64,000 nucleotides of DNA from Kudoa neothunni (taxonomy: Eukaryota; Animalia; Cnidaria), in contig OZ199838.1 of NCBI GenBank assembly GCA_964304625.1, positions 12,591,843-12,655,842 of the forward strand. Direction: 5' to 3'. Within the stretch, counting starts at the first letter, position 1. Every line of letters begins with the position of its first letter. Shown in pieces: positions 53,966 through 64,000 of the stretch. Both the position numbers and the translations under genes were made by a program. A model generated the notes under the pieces. It made no database searches, had not been told where the DNA came from, and saw only the letters and a program-made list of their open reading frames with translations.

Positions 53966-56273
53966 TTAACCCTTTCATGCCTGAGAATCAGGCTGTAATA
54001 ATTTATTTTCTTTAAAAGCGGAAAAATATTTATATTTTTAGTAATTACAACATGTATAAAAATTTCGGCAATATTTAATTAGGAACCATATCTAATTAAA
54101 CGTTGCCATATGGCAACATTCGGAGACACCTTAATCCCAAAAAATACTTCTAACTTTGTTTGTGGAACATTTAAATAACAATTTCTGTTGGTATTTAAGC
54201 ACAGATGAACCTTACATTTCATGCACATAGTTCTAGAGTGCATTCAGCACAATTTACATCTAGCTTTCGTTGATGTACATGAAGGTAAGTGGGAAATTTC
54301 GTCAAAACGCACAATAGCACTTACTTTTGATTCTGGTAGGTTATAGATTCTACTAGACATAGGGATCGAGAGAGTAGTGATACCTGATGTGGATGGCCTC
54401 CCTCTTTTACTCGTAACACTTACCACTTGATTCTCATTCATCAATTGTTCGCTTACCGAAACACTGAAATCTAACAAACACAAGCTATTCTTCGTTGGGA
54501 TTTCATGTAAAGAACATTGACGTTTATACAAGAGCTATCCGTTAAGGATGCATAGGTTTATCACCCACGAGAAGATTCTCTTGCACCACTCTTTGGGCTT
54601 GTGGTCAAGTCTATACAGAGCCATTAGCATGTCGAAAAAGTCTGCACCGCCCACATTTTGGTTATACATTTTAATTATATGGGGGCAGTCAATTTTTATA
54701 ACCTTTTTTGCCTTTCGATCATATCTATCAATAGAGCTCAAGGGGAAAATAGAGTGAGCCGTTGATGTCATTGTTACAGCTGACCCATCTAACCAACGTA
54801 CAATGTTTGTTTTATAACAACCGTCAAGATATAAAGCATGTTCATAACTTCCTCTTTTTAACTTCCTGAACGTCTTATCATCATCAATTGGACAATTTCT
54901 AAGACGATTCAATCTTATTGTACCGGTTGAATGATGGCCCATCTTCACCAGAATTGAGTGTAGTGGTAATGTGGAAAAATAATTATCGTAATAAAAATGA
55001 TGCATGCTTCCGTTCTTCATGGATCCTGCTAATTTTAATACGATGTCAGAGGAGCGAAAACCAGAACTTTCACCATCGAATTTAAAATCCCCATCTTCGA
55101 AAAAAAAGTCGTGCACTATATCACCAGAGCCATTTCTAGTGAAAACCTTGAAGCCCCATTTTGTAGATTTCAAAGGCAAGTATTTCTTGAGGCCAGACTT
55201 ACTTTTAAATGGAATCATCTGCTCATCCACACGCTGGTTGTATTCAGGTTCAATTTTTAGGCATTCTTCCCTTATCATATTTAACAGGGGTCTCACTTTA
55301 AAGAAACGGTCGTAGTCTTTATTGGTTCTAGAAGTCACTAGTTTATTATTATCGCAAAAATGTATATATCTTTAGTTGGACTCAAATCGATCTCTGGGCA
55401 TTTTTTCTGATATTGAACTACAATTGAGTTCACTACACCGATAGTTTCTTATCCGTAGTAATTTGATTATTGACATATGTATAAGCATTCCAACATACAA
55501 TTTTATTTCGTTTGTTGTGGTTCCACAATTTGAATTGTTTTCTATGGCATAATTATTAGTTTCTTTGCATATGAGTTCGAACAATTTATCTGTTGAAATA
55601 TAAATAAGGATCCAAAATTGGTTCCATTTTAAATTCCATGCTCGATAATAAACTTTCTTCGATTATATGTGATGCGTTTTTTAAGTAATTAGGCTGATCA
55701 TTATTGTATTCTTTATCAGAGCTCGCATCTGAAAGCGAATCACATTGTAGGTTGTTGCTTTCATCATCAGATATATTCTCGGCGTCAGATTTATCAGAAT
55801 CTGGGAGCAATATTAATTCCTCAGCAATTTTACCATCAACATTGATCTTTTTCACTAAATCCGCATCCATCACAATGTTAATCCTGAAAAATGGCACGTG
55901 TGCCAAATGTTGCCATATGGCAACAAGCATTAAGCTACCACTCCAAACTAGAGTTCTTTAATATTATATGATCTATACAAATTTTTGTAGAAAAAATGTA
56001 CCATTTTATAATATATATTTTTTAAATGCAGTTAAAATAAAGATTAGGGTGTATATTTAGTGCCATAAAATGACCTTTTTATTGTTTGAAAAATTACAAT
56101 TTATGACGTATTTTTACTAAGAAATTTTAATAATCTAATTTGGCGTTTGACAAAAGAGTAAAGACTAATTTAACTTTTTTTGAATGCTTCAGTTATTAAA
56201 TATAATACTCATTGGGAAATTATAAAAGCAATCCGATGTTACCATATGGCAACATTCGGGGTGAAAGGGTTAA
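53966..56273 (-). mobile_element. Full-length piggyBac (PGBD2/3-like), inactivated
   Basis: TTAA-CCCTTTCA ends on both sides. DDD motifs VDEQMIPFK, YYDNYFST and GGADFFD, plus a C-terminal Cys-rich domain. The ORF is split into four pieces by frameshifts and stops. Confidence 0.93.
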
Positions 56274-57613
56274 TGACTCTAAAAGTAAATCTATTAAGAT
56301 AAGCTTATTTTTTCACTCTTATACAATTACAAAATTGGCACTATATGACAAACTACATTGGTTTAACAGGAGGTGAGATGCAATAGTTTATTTCAACAAA
56401 TGAGTTACGTCCACGTAAAATAAATACGATTAAGGATTAGTACAGTTAAGACTAGCCTACAAAAGATAAAATACCATCGAACTTGTTTTTCAAGAGTGTT
56501 CATTAAATTAGCATTGTTCAAAAAATAATCTGATATTACGAATAATTCTAATCATAACATTGCTCAACTCATTATTGAATAAAAGTTTAATTAATGTCAT
56601 TAATATACAATTAACGTGAGCTGCCGTTAAACTTAGTTAGGTTTATTGTTTGAAAAAATTAAATAATAAAAAAAGATTAATATTTTTTAAGGGATTAATT
56701 TCCTATGTAGACAACAAGTAACGTACAGTGAAATAAAGACCTGAAAACGACCTATTCGTAGGTGCGCTAATCTCTAACTGCGAATTATCTTCTAAAAAAT
56801 CATTAAATATTTTATTCCTACTCAAAACAATTTCTAATTGATCCCAATCGGCTAATTATAAGTCTATTCGAAACAATTGTTTGTTATAACATGTTGTTAC
56901 GGCGTAACTCAGAGTTGCGTAGTTAATCCGATTTGGTAATTATAAATTTATTTGTCATGGGAACACTAGTAATTACGGCAACAAAAATACATAATAAATT
57001 GCCCAACAGTAAATGACGTTGTGTAAAGACAAATAATTATAGCGTGGGGAGAAATAGGTGTTGGATTTGTTAATTTTAAACTGCGAATTGGAGAAATAAA
57101 GTTAACATTATTAGAATCAGGTTAAATAAAAATTATATTTATAATTTGTTATTGGAAAAATTACACAGCCAATAAATGGAAGATAATCTTTGTGATAAGA
57201 CTTATTGTATCGTTTTTGACCAACAGTGTGATAATGGAGTGAATATGGGTGTGACCCCATGTAAAAGACGGGATATTTTAGGAGAATATTGAGTAACCGA
57301 AAGCGTGACCCCCCAGGTTGGAGGTATCAATTATCAATATAAATATTAGTAAATTGGGAATTAGTTGACGAGTTTATAGTCGTAAAATTAATAACCTTAG
57401 TTTAGTGTGAATTGGTGTGGATCATAAAGAATTGATCATTACATATCTTGGCTATCTTCCAATTGAATCTCAATCAACAATCGACTAATAATTGCTAAAT
57501 ATTTTTTTCTGTTGATAAGTCACAGCATTCAACATTGTGAGTTATAACGCATTTATTTATTAATAGTAAAGTTTCCTAGAGTAATCTCCACCAGTATACC
57601 ATAATAAACGGAA

Positions 57614-60600
57614 ATGTTAACAAGTAACGATTCGAGTAAAATAATCAACTATGTGGAAACAATGTTGAGCGAATTCTATCTGCCGCAAACGTCCAACCAG
57701 CGCAAACAATGCATAGGTAATATTTTTAGGACAAATCCTTTCCATGATTGATCTACGATTGGTCGCCGATTAGGGTTTTATTTCATAAAATACACATTTG
57801 AATTATTTGTTGGTGTTTTTAGAAGTTGAACTTTCGAAAATCAAGCAACATCCTGCTATTCTCACGATATGCGTCGATGTTTTGTCAATGTCGACCAACA
57901 AATTTATATTGACATTTATGGTCAATATCATGGAGGTATTTATCAATTGTTGTTTGCACGAGGAAAAAACATTACTATTTATTAGAATAGATAATACTGA
58001 AACAATTGATACTAGTGAGTTAATAATCCCTAATAATTGATTGAATTGAATTAATTTTTTCTACTAATTGTATATTTTACAATAAATTCTATTAATTTTG
58101 ATTAATTCTATATTAAAAATATTACATATTATTAGGTTGTTTTCGGTCACAAATAATATTTATCCATCTTTAGGAAATAGTCGTATTCAATTGGGAAACT
58201 TTTACAAGCAGTTATCATGATGTGAAAGAAGTTTACATTATTATATGGGCACTGATACAAAGAGTGGATGCTTCGCTGCCTGAATTCATCCGAAATAAAT
58301 TAATAAGAATATTTTGTGATATTGGAAGAATGATATGGCCTGATAAAGATTCTAACTTTTTAAATTTTATCATAAAGGTTGGTCTGTGTGTTTATTTATT
58401 TGTTTGTTGGGTTTTCACAGTGAAACATATAGCTGGTCAAAGAAAACATAACCGAATCCAATATAGGACTTAAAGCACTTCATTGCTTCATCGAAGAGAT
58501 TTATAAATATAAAAAATATTTGCCACGAGATCGTGAGAAATTTGTACAGCTCTCATTCAAAGATTACATTCCAGGAATTGTTGAATTGATTGGAGAAGTG
58601 TTGGAGTGTAATGATGAGATGGAAACCAAAATGCGATCAAGTTCCGAAAATTATAATTCCTCACAAAACAACATTCGAAATATGCCTACTGTTAATGGAG
58701 CAGATTTGTTGTCATTTGTTTCATCCAATTATAACTCAACCAAATTACTATCTGCTAAAACCTCTAGAAGCCGATCGCCATCCGATAGGAGTCAACCAGC
58801 TGCGTTACCCTTGTCCAATTATGGTAATGGTGATATTGGAGGTCAAACCTCCAGCTTATCATCTATTCAGGGAGCTTTTAACAAAAAATACAATCAAATA
58901 AAATATGCTCTAACAGTGTATGAATCTTTGCTTGAATATGTTGCCAATTTCAACCAAATTACCGACAAAATTTTCATTTGTATGAGAAAGTTTGCCGCTC
59001 AAGACACCTCCACGTGTTTCAGTTCAATACACAGTGTACCATCAATCAATAATCTGAGTAATAATGTGTGTGAAAAGAAAATTGTTGGCGATCGTAACAA
59101 AGGCGCTATCTTGTCGCTGTCCTGTCTTAATCATCTCATAAGCAAACCTGGAACAGGGCAAAACCTCTTAAACTTGCTCTCCCAACTGAACAATGTTATT
59201 AGCGAAATTATTAACCAAATTATAACCTCAAAAACCAACTGCAACGACAGTAACAACAGTTCCACTATCGATAGTATGTATGTGGAAAAATTTCTGGATC
59301 TATCATCAAATTATTTGAACGTGTTGATTCCTCGTTTGAAAAATCTGCCCAATTTCCCCATCTCTCTCACTATAGTCAACTACACCAAATTGACCTTGTT
59401 GCCATTGTCAACACATCTCACCGCCGAAATCAATAAAATGTTTGTCTCTTTCACACAAACACTACTAGATAATGTCATATGTAATGACGTTACCAGTTCG
59501 TTGGTAAATCTCCTTAAACCTGTTTTTATCGAAGCATTCCCAGTTTATGTGCAATTGTATTTGTATCGTCACAATGGGAACGCGATAAGAAATATTTTTG
59601 ATGAAGACGAAGAAGCCTTCAAAGAAATATATGAATCGTTTTTTAATTTTAGTTCCAACGTTTTGGAATTGTATCCTAGCGACATCTTGTCTGTCTTGAT
59701 TCGGATTAGAGATGAGAATACACCAATGTTAAATCAGCTCATCGAGCTGGCGAAAAATTCTCCCAACTGTCAATTGGGTCTTAATGAAAGTCAAAAAGAA
59801 GAGGTTTCCAGTTCATTCAAAGATTTGTCTACCTACTTCCGAATTGTTTCGTCTTTTTCCAGCGTTCTCTCAAAACAAAACTCTATTTCAAACGATTCTT
59901 TCTCAAATGGCATCCAACTTGTTGAAGAGTAATTGTAAAATTGTGTCATTTACTCATTTTTAATTGATTAACGATTTCATACACTGGATAATGCGAGAAT
60001 CGAATTGATGGTTTAACCTTATTTGGGATATTTATACATTAATTCGTTTTTTAGTACTCTTAATATTTTTAATAATTAATTAAAATAAATGTGGCCTAAT
60101 AATTAATTGGTTTAAAAATTTTATTAACTTTTGTGAAATAAATTTTTGTTTTTATATAAAAAATATTAAGTTTTTATTTTCCAATTTGTTTAATAATTTA
60201 ATAATAGTAATGAGGTATAATTCAAATCGCAATTATTTTTTTGTTTTATACTTCTAATTGGAACGAGTAAAAATACGCTATTTTCTCCGTTCATTGTAAA
60301 AAATACATCGTTAATTGATTAGCAAATAAACATATAGATAATTAACCAACGTTAATTAAGTGAAATTATTCCCTAGAGAACTCATTTTAACATTCTGATA
60401 ACAATATTAAAAAAATATTTCTATATTGATCTTCTAAACGACATTAGAGCAATATATAGCCTAAACCTGGGGTCTCCAAAGTGATCGATGAGAATTTCTG
60501 GGGATTCGATAATTAAGCTGTGATTCGATACGCGTTATAGAGATTCCATTGAATTTAATGGGCTTTAAGACAATGTTTTCCACCGTTCTACTCCATGCTA

Positions 60601-63600
60601 CATTATCTAATAAAACTAATTAAAATTACCGCATAATATTTGTTTTTTATTTGTAGGTTAAAGTCAATCTCCTATCTTTTTAGTTATGTAATTTAATTTT
60701 TTTTATTTATGTAGAGTCATACTTTTCAACTCATAACAACTAGCGAATACACTAGCGTTAAATTTTTCTTTAATTTAAAGGATCAGTAGTATTGATTGTT
60801 ATCGACAGACAGTATGTAAAGAGATCACGATAGTTTGCATGAATTTTATAATTGACTAAGAAAGCTAAATTTTATTTTTAAAATTGATTAGAATCAAAAT
60901 TAAAATAATTACGAAAATAACTATAATAATATGAAATTGCCGTTTAAACCCCTGTAGACGTAGAAACTCCAACAACTCTTCAATCGACCTCAAGTCAAGG
61001 AACAATATTTTAAGGGAAGATTAAGATATTCTTATAACTTTTAGAGGTAGTCATGAATAAATTTTAACTTCTCTATATATGATGTAATTTAATTCAAAAA
61101 TCTGTCGTTGTATTTATATTTGTGCAAAAGTATGAAACTATAATCATATACTAGCGACCTAATTTGGGAGGCCTATTGGATAGGATTTACGATGAAAAAC
61201 AGATTCATTGTGGTAAATCTTCGAATATAGTTGTTTTTGTGGCTGACTTGATTATAAATATCTAAAATTTTTCTGATATATTTTAATATTAAATTGTTAA
61301 TAAATGATATTTTTCGATTCGTATAATTTTGGCTTTTGTTATATATTGGAAATAGAATAATACTGAGATATATTGCAGATATTTCTATTCGTTCCAGTCA
61401 AGAAACTGAAAATACTTTAATATTTTTAATAACATCTCTGAAAAGGAACAAAAAATAAATAAATTACTTACGCAGGAGGTCGACGAAAAAATTTTGGATA
61501 TCCCTGGTGTGTGCCCTAATTAAACAGGAATAAGATATTTTACTTATGATAGAAAGAAAATTATGAAACGTTTAAAAGATTTACATATTTAAAATTTTTA
61601 TTCATTTATTTTTTATTAAAATTTTAAATGTTATCAAATATCTTAAGATAGATATTTCACGCAGTTTGAAATTGAGGGGTGCTACACGACTTCAATCTCA
61701 GGATTAACATTCGTCTATTTCAGAGTGACAGTCACGTGAGGTTAACATTATTCCGTGTGTACTAAAATTATCTGCCAATTTAATTAACTCATCGATCTAT
61801 ATAGAATGTTCATTTATGTATGTATGTGTTCAGTTGTTCGCTGTAATACGCGTATTAATTGTTATTGCAGTTTATGGAAGAGTAATCCCAACGATAAAAA
61901 TTAAATGTAGTAATTTTTCATCTAACCATATAGATTTTATTATTTATTATACCCATGTGAAATAATCTTATGTTTATATATCCCATTGTTCAAAGTATAT
62001 GCCCAATCTCGAGTGAAGCTAAAAATTTTACGCAAATATATAAATACAACCATTATTCATATAATAAGGTTAATTAAATTTTCAAACTGAATTGATTTAC
62101 CTTCTTAAATTTATTTTCTTTACATCCACTTAAAAAACTTATTTATTTAATAATTATGGAAAACCAATTAGTTTTAATAGATATTGATATTATTAAGTAA
62201 ATTTAAAATTGTTTTTTGCAAAAATATCAAGAATAAAATATCTGAATTAGGAAAACAGTATAATTTTCATGAAAATAAATAATATTTATAATATTAATGT
62301 TACTATAATTTTTGCCAACTGTAGTAAGAATCGAAACATAAGGGTAAATAAATGATGAAAGTTCTTTGCTTAACCCATAGAAATATATTTTTGGTTTGCT
62401 ACAATAAAAACTTCTTTGTCCTAAATTTAATAGCGCTTTATTCAAATCACCTGTAATGAATATTCTGTTTAGACATTGTTTGTTCATTGGTTCTCTTGGT
62501 GATGGAAAAGTTATAGCGACTTGTGAAAATGAGAATCTGTTAAAAGGTTATCAGAAACTGTAACTGTACAAATTAATGTAATAATATAATTTTACATGTG
62601 TCAGATTGAAAAATATTGCTTTATCGTTCGAAAATTACATATCCTGGGTCGTTGAAGTGTGCAGAGAACTGAAATCTCTTCAAAGAACTGAGCCTGAGAA
62701 TTGTCAGATGCAGCCTTACAATAACATCAACATTTGGTTGGATCAGTTATTCAGTCATCTCAACAAAAATCTAATTGATGTCTCAGTTGCCTCCAACGTA
62801 ATTGTGTTTAGGTTTAGCTTGTTGTTGTAACATGTTTAATCAAAGAATTCAAAATCTTCTGGGCCAATACTGAGCAATTTGTATCTTTATATAACTAAAA
62901 ATGTAGATCGACGATATTTTATTGGAAATTCTGATTTTTTAACATTATGTCAAAATATTTCAACTGGGAATTTGAAAATTTCTAACAAAACTGTATTTTT
63001 CATTGCACAATATAGCTGTGTAAATTGATGATAGGTTGAAATAAACTTAGTAGCAGCTTGTTTTTCTGTTTTTATTATGCCGTATCACATGGAACCAGAA
63101 AGCAAGCAGGTAATCGAGTTGAAAAAGCAAGATTAGGAATAACATGATAAAATAGGAGTGGCCCACTCGAATCAATAATATCACTCCACTAATGTCACAT
63201 TATGATAACACAATAAAAAATGTTTTTAATGGAATATCACCTGGGCAGGCTGAGAAGGTGCTGCAATTTCCACAAAGTATTTTCCCTATATCTAGAGGTA
63301 AAATCAAAAGTCAACTCTGATAGATATGAGCTTTGTCGTATTCTATGTTGAATTGATCACAAATCTATTCGAACTGGTTTCTACCCAACCGAACAAATGC
63401 AAATTAATAGTTGTAGATATATTTACCCCATTTATTCAAATGTTATTTGCCATGACGCCGTCTTTTGCACTGATACATAAAGGTAGGTAACCAGTATACG
63501 CTACGCAAATGCGAATAAATTTTAGAGCTGTTTATCAAAATTGTCAACTTTTATTTGATCATCGTCAAGTCTTTTAAATCCGAAGCCAAATATGAAGGTG

Positions 63601-64000
63601 TTGAAAAACTTATTGAAACGTTACTAGCAGTTGTTACTAAGTATGTGTTATTGTTTGGGATTTCCCCCTTATAATATGAAGATTTCAACTTAAAATTTTT
63701 GTAGTGATCAGTGGATTATATTGTATAGTAAGGATTCGAAAGACGAAATTATATCAAAGTATTTATCGTATATTTACGCTTTTAATAACAAACTTTGCTT
63801 TTAGTTACTTGAAAATGTTGAATTATTCTATTGCAGACAATAACTCACTCTCCCAGAATTTGGCTCCCAAAGTAGCCTCACTTGCGACTACTTTTATTCG
63901 ACCAAAATTTATATCAGATGTTGGTTGTTTTTTGCGTTCTCCAGTGTAATACATGTGATATAGAATTCAAATCCAGCTTTATTGCTTGAATATGCTCAAC
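57614..64000 (+). CDS. XPO6: Exportin-6 (actin-profilin exporter), 3' end beyond the window
   Basis: MLSEFY..TSNQRKQCIE, LPEFIRNKLIRIFCDIGRMIWP and FIMPY..SKQEWPTR match XPO6 motifs (TNERKREIE, LPYFIRNKL, DIGRQDWP, QQWPVR). Fourteen coding exons join in frame, with a 2.5-kb intron at about 59929-62472. Confidence 0.85.
60467..61506. mobile_element. Possible hAT-type MITE in the long XPO6 intron
   Basis: ctggggtctccaaa / tttggatatccctg inverted ends; no matching TSD. Confidence 0.35.

Noticed and set aside
54535-55338. Domesticated PGBD gene
   Set aside because: It is flanked by intact TIRs and TTAA and broken by several frameshifts, so it is a dead transposon.
57230-57330. GC-richer patch with repeated GTGACCCC upstream of XPO6
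   Set aside because: Short weak hairpins only; most simply promoter or 5'UTR sequence.

Overview
Eukaryotic, strongly AT-rich nuclear DNA from a fast-evolving animal with very short introns (mostly 38-85 nt, GT-AG). The overall pattern fits a reduced parasite such as a myxozoan, but the species cannot be determined from sequence alone. By manual splicing I reconstruct 12 intron-containing host genes: TRAM-like (5' half only), RBM22, RPS14, SNRPC/U1-C, CLCC1, an hnRNP F/H-RBM12-like triple-RRM gene, a tandem-C2 synaptotagmin-like gene, katanin p60, RPS27, GNL3/nucleostemin, TATDN1 and XPO6 (runs off the window). They sit in small compact clusters separated by decayed, often nested DNA transposons: mariner, pogo/Tigger, IS630-Tc1, hAT, piggyBac, Merlin, MULE and a Helitron. 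I recognise no retroelement, CRISPR array, rRNA or tRNA. The main leads are: (1) the RRM/tandem-C2 locus, where splice phases allow exon sharing, and which has an internal 24-nt poison or alternative-start micro-exon; (2) acceptor-like TAG just upstream of most start codons plus operon-like spacing, which could mean SL trans-splicing or 5'UTR introns; (3) an unusual splice grammar with TAG>>AAG>CAG acceptors and skipped textbook CAG sites; (4) three +1 frameshifts confined to the TRAM/RBM22 pair; (5) several candidate structured ncRNAs. All exon models and folds are hand-derived and need RNA-seq or Infernal confirmation.
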